Assembly: GCA_039916365.1 (NCBI GenBank) | Contig: JBDSLN010000240.1 | Location: 1-30,616 of the forward strand | Direction: 5' to 3' | Source: Vicinamibacteria bacterium | Lineage (GTDB): Bacteria; Acidobacteriota; Vicinamibacteria; Fen-336; JAGNNV01 | DNA: 30,616 nucleotides | Shown: positions 8,601-17,406 of the stretch, piece by piece | Layout of the letters: the number at the start of each line of letters is the position of its first letter | Position numbering within the stretch: the stretch's first letter is position 1 | Program-made: the position numbers and the translations under genes | Notes under the pieces: generated by a model | Database searches by the model: none | What the model saw: the letters and a program-made list of their open reading frames with translations, nothing else | Told to the model about the DNA's origin: nothing

Positions 8601-9752
8601 ATGAAAAACACACTACTCGCCGCAGGGCTGCTTGTCGGCCTCACCCCTCTCGCAACCGCGCCCGTCGCGGCTCAGACCACAACTACCACCAAGTACATCA
8701 CCGTTGACGGTGAAGTCCTCCGCTATGAAGCTGGCAGGACCATCGTCATTCGCGGCGCTGACAACAAGGAGATGGTGTACACCCTCACGCCCTCCTTCGT
8801 GATGCCCATGGACGTGAAGGTGGGACGTCGGGTGACTCTGTACACCGAACCGGGCATAAACGGAGGAACGCAGGTTGTCACGCGCGTGACCACCACCAGC
8901 GTCACCCCGGAAGGCAACCTGAAGCGCGTCACGGAAGACACACGCACTTTGCCCTCGGGTGCTACCACCACCAAATACGTCACCGTCGATGGTGAAGTGC
9001 TCCGCTACGAAGCGGGCAAGACCATCGTCATCCGCGGCTCAGACAATAAGGAAATGATGTACACCCTTACGCCCTCCTTCGTGATGCCCATGGACGTGAA
9101 GGTGGGACGTCGAGTGACTCTGTACACCGAACCGGGCATGAACGGAGGAACGCAGGTTGTCACGCGCGTAACCACCACCAGCGTCACCCCCGAAGGCAAC
9201 GTTAAGCGCGTCACGGAAGACACCCGTACCTTGCCCTCGGGTGCGACCACCACCAAGTACGTCACCGTCGATGGTGAAGTCCTCCGCTACGAAGCGGGCA
9301 AGACCATCGTCATTCGCGGAGCCGACAATAAGGAGATGATGTACACCCTTACGCCCTCCTTCGTGATGCCCACGGACGTGAAGGTGGGACGTCACGTGAC
9401 GCTTTACACCGAACCGGCGGCGATGGGCGGCACCCAGGTCGTCTCCCGCGTAACCACAACCAGCGTCACCCCCGAAGGCAACGTGAAGAGCGTCACGGAA
9501 GACACCCGTACCTTGCCCTCGGGTGCTACCACCACGACCACGACCACTCGCATCTCGGGCAGGGTCGACGCGTATGAGCCGGGCAAGACTCTGACCATCA
9601 CGCGCGCTGACGGCACGCAGGCGACGTACATCATCAACGGAACGTCAAGCATCCCGACCGACCTCATGATCGGAAAGACCATTTCCATCGTTCCCTCCGC
9701 CTCGGGCGACATGGTCGTTCAAACCATCACGTACGTGCCGATCAAGAAGTAG
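8601..9752 (+). CDS. Secreted Thr-rich hypothetical protein with three 94-aa repeats and a diverged C-terminal fourth module
   Basis: ATG 8601 after a purine-rich stretch gives a signal peptide (MKNTLLAAGLLVGLTPLATAPVAA-Q). Repeats run TTTKY(I/V)TVDGEVLRYEAG...RTLPSGA. Beta-rich, possibly OB-fold-like. Confidence 0.85.
   Translation: MKNTLLAAGLLVGLTPLATAPVAAQTTTTTKYITVDGEVLRYEAGRTIVIRGADNKEMVYTLTPSFVMPMDVKVGRRVTLYTEPGINGGTQVVTRVTTTSVTPEGNLKRVTEDTRTLPSGATTTKYVTVDGEVLRYEAGKTIVIRGSDNKEMMYTLTPSFVMPMDVKVGRRVTLYTEPGMNGGTQVVTRVTTTSVTPEGNVKRVTEDTRTLPSGATTTKYVTVDGEVLRYEAGKTIVIRGADNKEMMYTLTPSFVMPTDVKVGRHVTLYTEPAAMGGTQVVSRVTTTSVTPEGNVKSVTEDTRTLPSGATTTTTTTRISGRVDAYEPGKTLTITRADGTQATYIINGTSSIPTDLMIGKTISIVPSASGDMVVQTITYVPIKK
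8682..9527 (+). repeat. Three intragenic 282-bp tandem repeats
   Basis: The Lys codon of TTKY recurs at 8691, 8973 and 9255 (period 282). Differences between units are mostly synonymous. Confidence 0.97.
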
Positions 9753-9775
9753 CTCAGAAGTTCTCAAACGGTCGC

Positions 9776-9804
9776 AAAAAAGCCCCGGGAAACCGGGGCT
9801 TTTT
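9776..9804. terminator. Bidirectional rho-independent terminator
   Basis: AAAAAA-GCCCCGG-GAAA-CCGGGGC-TTTTT between the convergent repeat-protein gene and pckG. Confidence 0.92.
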
Positions 9805-9823
9805 CACGTCAGGAGAACGCCTT

Positions 9824-11557
9824 CTAGCCGAGTCGCTTTTCCAACGCGTCGAGTTCTGCGACGAGAGCCTGCGGCACCTTGCCGTCAAACTTCGCGAAGA
9901 ACTCACGAATGCCCGGCGTCTCCGCCTTCCAGTCGGCGGTGTCCACCGAGAGGACGGCGTCGAGATCGGCATCCGAGAGGTTGAGACCTTCGAGGTTCAA
10001 GGAGTCCTTCGTCGGGACCGCCCCGATCGGCGTCTCAACCGCCTTGCCCTTGCCCTTCACGCGATCGATCATCCAAAGAAGAGGACGCAGGTTCTCTCCG
10101 AAACCGGGCCAGAGATACTTTCCGTCTTCGTTCTGGCGGAACCAGTTCACGTGGAAGATCTTCGGCGGGTTCTTCAGGAGCGTGCCCATCTTCAGCCAAT
10201 GACCAAAGTAGTCGCCCATGTTGTAGCCGCAGAAGGGCAGCATCGCCATGGGATCGCGGCGCACCACGCCGACCGCTCCCGTCGCCGCCGCCGTCGTTTC
10301 AGAACCCATGGTCGCGGCGGCGAAGACGCCGTGCGCCCAGTCGCGGGTTTCAAAAACGAGCGGAGCGAGTCGCGAGCGACGTCCACCAAAAATGACGGCG
10401 GAGATGGGAACGCCCATCGGGTCCTCCATTTTCGGGCTGATGCTGGGGCACTGCGACGCGGCCACGGTGAAGCGCGCGTTGGGATGCGCGGCTTTTCCCG
10501 CCTTATCCCACGGCTTGCCCTGCCAGTCGATCAGGCCCTCGGGCGGATTCTTGTCCTTGCCTTCCCACCAGGGAACGCCGTTTCCATCCACCGCGACATT
10601 GGTGAAGATGGTGTCGTGGGTGATGGTGTCCATCGCGTTGGGATTGGTTTCGTAGCTGGTTCCCGGAACCACGCCGAAGAAACCCGCCTCCGGATTCACC
10701 GCCCAAAGACGACCATCCGGGCCGGGACGGAGCCACGCGATGTCGTCGCCGATGGTGCGAACTTTGTAGCCCTGCTTCTCGAGCGGAGACACCAGCATGG
10801 CGAGATTGGTCTTTCCGCACGCCGACGGGAAGGCTGCCGTGATGTAGTGAATTTCGCCCGACGGCAGCGTCAGCTCGAGGATGAGCATGTGCTCAGCCAT
10901 CCAGTTCTGATCGCGGGCCATGGTCGATGCGATGCGAAGCGCGAAGCACTTCTTGCCGAGGAGCGCGTTGCCGCCGTAGCCGGAGCCGATCGACCAGATG
11001 GTCTTGGTCTCGGGGAAATGCATGATGGCGCGGCGGTCCGGCGAAAGATCGCCGGTCGAGTGAACACCGGGGACGAAGTCAGAGGAATCGCCAAGCTGAT
11101 CGAGCGCCGCCTTGCCCATGCGGGTCATGATGCGCATGTTGGCGACGACGTACTTAGAGTCGGTGACTTCGATGCCCACCTTGGAGAAGGGCGAACCAAG
11201 CGGCCCCATCACGTAAGGGACCACGTACATCGTGCGGCCCTTCATCACCCCCCGAAACAGCGGCTCGGCCTTTTCCTTCGCTTCCTTGGGAGAAAGCCAG
11301 TTGTTGGTCGGACCGGCGTCTTCCTTCCTCTCGGAGCAGATGTAGGTCAGGTGCTCGGTGCGGGCGACATCGGAGGGGCTGGATCGATGCAGGAATGAGT
11401 TCGGAACGAGCCGGTCGTTGAGGCGGATCAGCGTCCCCTCGGCCAGCATCTCGGCCTTGAAGCGGGCGTCCTCTTCCTCCGAACCATCGCACCAATGAAT
11501 CCGATCCGGCATGAGCCACTTCGCCGTTTCGTCGACAAACCGTTCTGCTTCGTTCAT
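9824..11557 (-). CDS. pckG: Phosphoenolpyruvate carboxykinase (GTP)
   Basis: GSGYGGNALLGKKCFALR, WMAEHML, AFPSACGKTNLAM, IGDDIAW, NPEAGFFGV, DPMAMLPFCGYNMGDYF. ATG 11557 preferred over TTG 11569. Confidence 0.97.
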   Translation of the reverse strand: MNEAERFVDETAKWLMPDRIHWCDGSEEEDARFKAEMLAEGTLIRLNDRLVPNSFLHRSSPSDVARTEHLTYICSERKEDAGPTNNWLSPKEAKEKAEPLFRGVMKGRTMYVVPYVMGPLGSPFSKVGIEVTDSKYVVANMRIMTRMGKAALDQLGDSSDFVPGVHSTGDLSPDRRAIMHFPETKTIWSIGSGYGGNALLGKKCFALRIASTMARDQNWMAEHMLILELTLPSGEIHYITAAFPSACGKTNLAMLVSPLEKQGYKVRTIGDDIAWLRPGPDGRLWAVNPEAGFFGVVPGTSYETNPNAMDTITHDTIFTNVAVDGNGVPWWEGKDKNPPEGLIDWQGKPWDKAGKAAHPNARFTVAASQCPSISPKMEDPMGVPISAVIFGGRRSRLAPLVFETRDWAHGVFAAATMGSETTAAATGAVGVVRRDPMAMLPFCGYNMGDYFGHWLKMGTLLKNPPKIFHVNWFRQNEDGKYLWPGFGENLRPLLWMIDRVKGKGKAVETPIGAVPTKDSLNLEGLNLSDADLDAVLSVDTADWKAETPGIREFFAKFDGKVPQALVAELDALEKRLG

Positions 11558-11949
11558 GAGCCTTCTCAAATCCTCGATTGTGATGGGCCGCCGTCCGTCT
11601 CTCGTGTTCCAACCAAGCCTGAAGATCTGCCGGGATCCCGAGGCCTGTCAAAAACGCATGAAGGTCATTCGGCGAACTTCTAGACGCCTGATTCTACGAA
11701 AGCGCGGCCGACAATACTTCCGGGCGCGCTTTCGGCCGACCGGTCGAATTGCGAACGCTCGCGTCGAGCCGTCGGGCGGAGTATGCAGGCGACCCCCGTT
11801 CTGACGAAATCGCGAAAAATGTCGGGCGCGCCATTGCGGCGGCCCGACATGGCGGCGCGCACCCGAACAGGGTACATTCCACGCTCGGAATGGGGCGGCT
11901 CCTGCGAGAGCCAGGCCAGAGGCAATTCTTTGGACAACGGAGAGACACG

Positions 11950-13590
11950 ATGAAGGTGGGTTTGGGGGTGAGCCTGGCGCTCGCAGTCTTTGCGATGGGA
12001 ATGATGCAGGGTCCGGCGACGGACCGAGCACCCCACATCACCGCCGTCGCGGCCACGAGCCGCTCAGCCGTCGGCGAATGGGACCAGAGGATCGGCGCGA
12101 TGGCAGCCCGCGGCGACCTCCGCGTGTTCATGACGCGGGAGGACACCCTGCTCCCCGGCCGGACGAATGTCCGGTTTGAACAGCTCTACGAGGGCGTTCC
12201 GGTGTGGGGCGGGGAGCTGGTGCGCCAGGAGGACGCCGCAGGCGCCCTCAGCGTGTTCGGCAATGTTCTCGAAGGTATCGACCTCAACCCCCGGCCCGGA
12301 TTGAACGAGACCGCGGCTCGCTCGCTGATGCTGAAGCGCGGCGGCGCCGGCAGTTCCTTCTTCCCCGACGAAGTGACCCTGACCGTGATGCCTACCGACG
12401 ACGGCCGTTACGCCCTAGCCTGGCGCGGCCGCGTCTTCACCGGGGTGGACGTGATGATGACCTTCGTAGACGCCAACAGCGGAGCGGTGATCCGCGAATA
12501 TTCCGACCGACAGACCCAGGCCACGGTGGGCAAGGCCGTCGGGGTCTTCGGCGACACCAAGAAGATCGCGGTCACCGGATCCGGCACTTCGTATACCGCG
12601 CAGGACGGGCTTCGTCCTCCTTCGATCGTCACCCTTGACATGAAGGGCGATCCCACACGAATTGACGCCATCTTCGCAACCTTCCCACAGGGCATCCGCA
12701 CCACCGACATCGCCACGGATACCGACAACGACTGGACGGACGGTGCATCAGTCGATGCGCATGTCTACGGTGGATTCACCTATGACTACTTCTTCAAACG
12801 CTTCGGACGCAGGGGGCTCGACAACGCCAACATCACGATGCGGAACTTCGTGCATCCGATCAAGCGCGAACTGGTGGCGACTCTGGGTGCGCGGTACATC
12901 AACTTCTATTGCAACGCTGGCTACTTCGGACTCGGCGTGATGGTCTACGGCGAAGGGCTTCCGCCCGGATGGACCTGCGGGGGCCAGAGCTTCAACTACT
13001 TCTCTGCCGCCCTGGACGTGGTCGCGCACGAGCTGACTCACGGAGTCACCGGATATTCCTCGCGCCTCATCTACAGCGGAGAGAGCGGTGCTTTGAATGA
13101 GGCCTTCTCCGACATGATGGGCACGAGTGTCGAGTTCTACTACCAGCCCGCGGGCAGCGGATTGCAGAAAGCCGACTATCTGCTCGGCGAAGATATCGCG
13201 ACCGGAACCGTCGCGTTCCCCTTGAATGGTTTCCGTTCGATGCAGAACCCCCTGGCGTACGACGATCCGGATCACTACAGCATCCGCTACGCGGGCCCAC
13301 TCGACAACGGAGGTGTCCACACGAACTCTGGCATCGCCAATCAAGCCTTCTATCTCGCGATCGAAGGAGGCACGCATCGCCTCGGTGGCCGCGTGACCGG
13401 CGTGGGTGCGGCCAATCGCGAGCAGATCGAAAAAGTCTTCTACCTGGCCTTCACTTCGTTCCTCGTGCCTTCCAGCAACTTCGCGGCGGCACGCGGCGCG
13501 ACCATTCAAGCTGCGCGTCAGTTGTATCCGGCCAATGCTGCGGTCGAGGCCGCGGTCACGCAAGCGTGGACCGCCGTGGGGGTGAACTGA
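11950..13590 (+). CDS. M4-family (thermolysin-like) zinc metalloprotease preproenzyme
   Basis: Signal peptide from ATG 11950, FTP-like propeptide (RFEQLYEGVPVWGGE), PepSY-like region, VVAHELTHGV, GALNEAFSD, NGGVHTNSGIAN. Confidence 0.95.
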   Translation: MKVGLGVSLALAVFAMGMMQGPATDRAPHITAVAATSRSAVGEWDQRIGAMAARGDLRVFMTREDTLLPGRTNVRFEQLYEGVPVWGGELVRQEDAAGALSVFGNVLEGIDLNPRPGLNETAARSLMLKRGGAGSSFFPDEVTLTVMPTDDGRYALAWRGRVFTGVDVMMTFVDANSGAVIREYSDRQTQATVGKAVGVFGDTKKIAVTGSGTSYTAQDGLRPPSIVTLDMKGDPTRIDAIFATFPQGIRTTDIATDTDNDWTDGASVDAHVYGGFTYDYFFKRFGRRGLDNANITMRNFVHPIKRELVATLGARYINFYCNAGYFGLGVMVYGEGLPPGWTCGGQSFNYFSAALDVVAHELTHGVTGYSSRLIYSGESGALNEAFSDMMGTSVEFYYQPAGSGLQKADYLLGEDIATGTVAFPLNGFRSMQNPLAYDDPDHYSIRYAGPLDNGGVHTNSGIANQAFYLAIEGGTHRLGGRVTGVGAANREQIEKVFYLAFTSFLVPSSNFAAARGATIQAARQLYPANAAVEAAVTQAWTAVGVN

Positions 13591-14399
13591 TGAAGAACCA
13601 CAACACTTCTCTCCACACAGTCCTGACCGCTGGGCTTCTCATAACGCTCACCACCGTCGTCGGAGCGCAGGATCAACAACGCGTCTCGGACCTGACGGGC
13701 GGTGCGCCCAAAGGACCGAGCCGTATCGAGATCGGCGCGGCCTTCGCGCAGACCCTAGGCGCCTCGTCGTTCAGTTCCACGCAGACGGTGCGCGAATACG
13801 CCGAAGATGGCACGCTGACCAGTTCCTACAAGGTCGGCAAGGCGCCCGGCGCCGGATTCCACGTTCAATACAACCTGAACAAGAAATTCGGGATTCGCGT
13901 GGGTGGCCAGACGTTCTCACGCAAGTCGGACGGGACGTTCAGCGGCAAGTCGCCGCATCCGTTCTTCTTCAACCAGCAGCGCAGCTACAGCGGCACTCAG
14001 AACGGTCTCGGTTTCAACGAGTCCGCCTTCACGCTGACGGCGGTGCTTCGTGGAGCCTCCGGCAAGTGGAACTTCGCTCTTGACGGAGGCCCGGCGTATT
14101 TCAACGTCAATGCCACCATCGCTGAGCGCGCGACTTACACCGACACCTATCCCTATGACTCGGTCGTGTTCAGCTCAGTGGCGACGTCCAAGCACAAGGT
14201 CAACCCAATCGGATTGGCGATGGGAGTGGAGCTTGGACGCGAGCTGTCGGACGCGGTGAGCGTCGTGGTGCAGGGTCGCTACACCGGTGCCAAGGGCTCC
14301 GTGGAGATCAACGGCCAGAGGGTTGATGTGAAGGCGGGCGGGGTGCAGGCCCGCATCGGCCTTCGCCTGATCGCGGCGCGCGCGCGCGTGAAGTCCTAA
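13590..14399 (+). CDS. Putative outer-membrane beta-barrel protein
   Basis: ATG overlaps the M4 stop (TGATG). Signal peptide (MKNHNTSLHTVLTAGLLITLTTVVGA) followed by amphipathic Gly/aromatic-rich strands (GFHVQYNL, FGIRVGG, FALDGGPAYF, VVVQGRYT, GGVQARIGLR). Confidence 0.65.
   Translation: MKNHNTSLHTVLTAGLLITLTTVVGAQDQQRVSDLTGGAPKGPSRIEIGAAFAQTLGASSFSSTQTVREYAEDGTLTSSYKVGKAPGAGFHVQYNLNKKFGIRVGGQTFSRKSDGTFSGKSPHPFFFNQQRSYSGTQNGLGFNESAFTLTAVLRGASGKWNFALDGGPAYFNVNATIAERATYTDTYPYDSVVFSSVATSKHKVNPIGLAMGVELGRELSDAVSVVVQGRYTGAKGSVEINGQRVDVKAGGVQARIGLRLIAARARVKS
14376..14388. repeat. (GC)6G dinucleotide tract at the 3' end of the barrel gene
   Basis: GCGCGCGCGCGCG read directly from the sequence. 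Confidence 0.9.
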
Positions 14400-14415
14400 C
14401 CGTCCGTGGTGAAAG

Positions 14416-15309
14416 TCAGCCGGAAATTGCTTTGAGATAGCGGCTGGGCAGCGCATGGCCCAGTCGCTTTCCCACTTCTATCGAGGCGGCGGAGACCTTG
14501 GCAAGGTCGATTCCGGTCTCGATGCCCATGCCGTGCAGCATGTAGAGCAGATCTTCGGTGGCGAGATTTCCTGAGGCGCCAGGCGCATACGGACAACCGC
14601 CCAGGCCGCCCGAGGACGCGTCCACGATGGAAATGCCCATCTCGAGAGAGCGCAGGACATTCGCAAGCGCGGTCCCGCGCGTGTCATGGAAATGAACGGC
14701 GAGCTGATCGATCGCCACGTGCTTCGCGACCGCGCCGATGACCTCATCCACCTGGCTCGGCACACCCACGCCAATCGTGTCGCCGAGAGAGATCTCGTCG
14801 CAACCGAGTTCGATCAGGCGACGAGCGACATCGGCGACTTTCGCGGGAGCCACGGGTCCTTCGTAAGGACAGCCGAAGCAGGTCGAGATATAGCCGCGCA
14901 CCCAGACACCGCTTTCTTTCGCCTCGCCCACGAACTCCTTGAACCGTTCCATCGATTCGTCGATGGAGGCGTTGGTGTTCTTGCGATTGAAGGCGTCGGA
15001 TGCCGCAGTAAAGATCGCGATGGCGGTGACCCCGGCCGACCTCGCACGCTCGTAGCCCTGCCGGTTGGGCACCAGCATCGGCAAGCGCGCGCGATCCTTG
15101 GGAAGCGCCTTGAAGACCTCGTCGCTCCCCGACATCTGCGGAACCCACTTCGGCGACACGAAAGCGCCGGGCTCCATCACCGGAACACCGGCATCGATCA
15201 GGGCAAGGCAGAAGGCGATCCGATCTTCGACCGAGAGCGCAACCGATTCGTTCTGCAGTCCGTCACGCGGCCCAACCTCGACCACCTTGACGCGCGCAGG
15301 AACCTTCAT
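14416..15309 (-). CDS. hmgL: Hydroxymethylglutaryl-CoA lyase
   Basis: VEVGPRDGLQNE, ISLGDTIGVG, AVHFHDTRGTALAN, GGLGGCPYAPGASGNLATED. Confidence 0.96.
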   Translation of the reverse strand: MKVPARVKVVEVGPRDGLQNESVALSVEDRIAFCLALIDAGVPVMEPGAFVSPKWVPQMSGSDEVFKALPKDRARLPMLVPNRQGYERARSAGVTAIAIFTAASDAFNRKNTNASIDESMERFKEFVGEAKESGVWVRGYISTCFGCPYEGPVAPAKVADVARRLIELGCDEISLGDTIGVGVPSQVDEVIGAVAKHVAIDQLAVHFHDTRGTALANVLRSLEMGISIVDASSGGLGGCPYAPGASGNLATEDLLYMLHGMGIETGIDLAKVSAASIEVGKRLGHALPSRYLKAISG

Positions 15310-15788
15310 TTCGCTGGCTCAATCTCAATAACGATGAGCTCCGGGCCCGGTGTCACCATGTCGCCCACCTTGACGCTCAGACTCTTGACCGTGCCGTCGG
15401 TCGGAGCAACTAGCGCGTTTTCCATCTTCATGGCTTCAACGACAATCAGTTCCTGACCGCGCTTGACCGTGTCACCCACCGCGACCGCGACGCGCGTGAC
15501 CCGGCCCGGCATGGGTGCTTCCAATCCACCTTGGGCCGCCGCCACTGAGGACCCAGCACCCGCACGATTGACGACGGTCAAGGCATAGGACCGCGCTCCC
15601 ACCTGCGCGAAGACCTGATCCCCCGCGCGCATCACAAAGATCTCGACCGCGCGATCGCCGTTGCGTCCATCGAATCGTCCGTCGCCGGAGCGCGCAACCG
15701 TCGCCTGCACCGACACGCCGTCCACATCGAACACGCCTTCCGACTTGCGGACGACGTTGTGGGTCTGGCTTCCGTGCTTGAACTTCAT
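15306..15788 (-). CDS. Biotin carboxyl carrier subunit of an acyl-CoA (probably methylcrotonyl-CoA) carboxylase
   Basis: EAPMPGRV and the EAMKM biotinylation motif. ATG 15788 forms an ATGA overlap with the BC stop; its own stop overlaps the hmgL start. Confidence 0.9.
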   Translation of the reverse strand: MKFKHGSQTHNVVRKSEGVFDVDGVSVQATVARSGDGRFDGRNGDRAVEIFVMRAGDQVFAQVGARSYALTVVNRAGAGSSVAAAQGGLEAPMPGRVTRVAVAVGDTVKRGQELIVVEAMKMENALVAPTDGTVKSLSVKVGDMVTPGPELIVIEIEPAK

Positions 15789-17296
15789 GACAGCCTCCAC
15801 GCGGAGGTGGACGCCCACGGATCGAAGGCGGTAGCCGACTTCCCGGGCACCGCAGACGTTGCGGCTGGAGTCGTCGCTTCAAGAGCCGCCAGAATAAGCG
15901 CGAGATCCTCGGCGGGAGGAGGAACTTCCCCAGGCAGCGGCCCGATCTCATCGAGCACACCCGTATGAATCCCGCCAGAGCTGAACTGTTCGCTCTCCAG
16001 AATCTGAATGAGCTTCTCCCGATTCGTGGCGATGCCGAGCACGACGGTCTCTCGGATAGCGGCGATCAACGCGGCGCGCGCGGCATCGCGGTTCGGACCG
16101 CTGACGATGATTTTCGCGATCATCGGATCGTAGAACTCGGGAACCACGCTGCCCGACGCGACACCGGAATCGCAGCGCACGAACGGCCCGCGGGGCGCCT
16201 CAAAGTGAAGCACGGAGCCTGGGGAAGGCGCGTCCCCGCGACGCGGATCCTCGGCGTTCAGGCGCGCTTCAATCGCATGCCCGCGCGGGATCAAGTCTTC
16301 CTGTTTGAAGGGCAGGACTCTGCCCTCCGCCACCTCGATCTGCAGGCGAACAAGGTCGAGACCCAGGGTCATCTCGGTGACCGGATGCTCGACTTGAAGG
16401 CGCGTATTCATCTCAAGGAAGTAGAAATCGCCGACGGGATCAAGCAGGAATTCAACCGTGCCCGCGTTGGTGTAGTTCGAGGCCGCCGCGGCAGAGACTC
16501 CGGCGGCGCACAGCTTCTGACGAAGGCCCGGGTCGAGAGCGACCGAAGGCGTTTCCTCGAGAACCTTCTGATGCCGGCGCTGCACCGAGCATTCACGCTC
16601 GAAGAGATGAACGCCGTGGCCGTGCGCGTCGAAGAGCACCTGGACTTCGATGTGACGCGGCTTCTGCACAAAGCGCTCAAGCACCAGGATGTCGCTGCCG
16701 AAACTCGACTGCGACTCACGACGCGCGCGTGGAAGGATGGCTTCGAACTCGGCCGAGCTATTGGTGACGTGCATCCCTTTGCCACCACCTCCGCGCGAAG
16801 GCTTGATCATCAAGGGGAACCCGATGCGGCTGGCTTCCGCGCTGAGGCGCGCGTCCTGCTGATCGTCTCCGTCGTATCCGGGAACCACCGGAACATTGAA
16901 ACGCTGGACCTGCTGACGCGCCGCCTTCTTGTCGCCCATCAGTCGATGAACATCGCCCTTCGGACCGATGAAGACGACGCCCGCCGCTTCACACGCGTCC
17001 GCGAAGTCTCCGTTCTGAGACAGAAATCCGTATCCCGGATGGATCGCCTGAGCGCCAGTCTGCCGGGCGGCGGCCAGGATGCGGTCGATGCTCAGATACG
17101 ACTCGGACGACGGCGCTTGGCCGATCAACACCGAGCGATCGGCTTCGCGGACGTGAAGCGCCGACGCATCAGCCTCCGAGTACACCGCGATGGTCTCGAT
17201 CCCCATGGCCCGGCAGGTCTTGATGATGCGAACGGCAATCTCACCGCGATTGGCAATGAGGACGGACTTGATAGGGCGAAGAGTCAGCTCGGTCAT
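15785..17296 (-). CDS. Biotin carboxylase subunit of an acyl-CoA carboxylase (MCC-alpha-like, stand-alone)
   Basis: VLIANRGEIA, AIHPGYGFLSQN, GGGGKGM, RECSVQRRHQK, FLEMNTRLQVEHPVTE, FYDPMIAK. ATG 17296 preferred. Confidence 0.93.
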   Translation of the reverse strand: MTELTLRPIKSVLIANRGEIAVRIIKTCRAMGIETIAVYSEADASALHVREADRSVLIGQAPSSESYLSIDRILAAARQTGAQAIHPGYGFLSQNGDFADACEAAGVVFIGPKGDVHRLMGDKKAARQQVQRFNVPVVPGYDGDDQQDARLSAEASRIGFPLMIKPSRGGGGKGMHVTNSSAEFEAILPRARRESQSSFGSDILVLERFVQKPRHIEVQVLFDAHGHGVHLFERECSVQRRHQKVLEETPSVALDPGLRQKLCAAGVSAAAASNYTNAGTVEFLLDPVGDFYFLEMNTRLQVEHPVTEMTLGLDLVRLQIEVAEGRVLPFKQEDLIPRGHAIEARLNAEDPRRGDAPSPGSVLHFEAPRGPFVRCDSGVASGSVVPEFYDPMIAKIIVSGPNRDAARAALIAAIRETVVLGIATNREKLIQILESEQFSSGGIHTGVLDEIGPLPGEVPPPAEDLALILAALEATTPAATSAVPGKSATAFDPWASTSAWRLS

Positions 17297-17406
17297 GAGA
17301 AGGGCGGCCAAGGTTATCTCGCGATCATGTCGTTAGTTATCTCACGGAAGACCGCGATCACGAGGCGCGTTGGAATCGTGCCGCGCGAGGCGATAATCGC
17401 GGAGCC

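Noticed and set aside
8682-9527. 282-bp repeats as a CRISPR array or mobile repeat
   Set aside because: They are in-frame coding repeats with synonymous variation, no spacers and no cas genes.
17313-17343. GTTATCTC repeated at 17313-17320 and 17336-17343 between the biotin carboxylase gene and marC
   Set aside because: Could be promoter or operator elements, but two 8-mers are insufficient evidence without conservation data.
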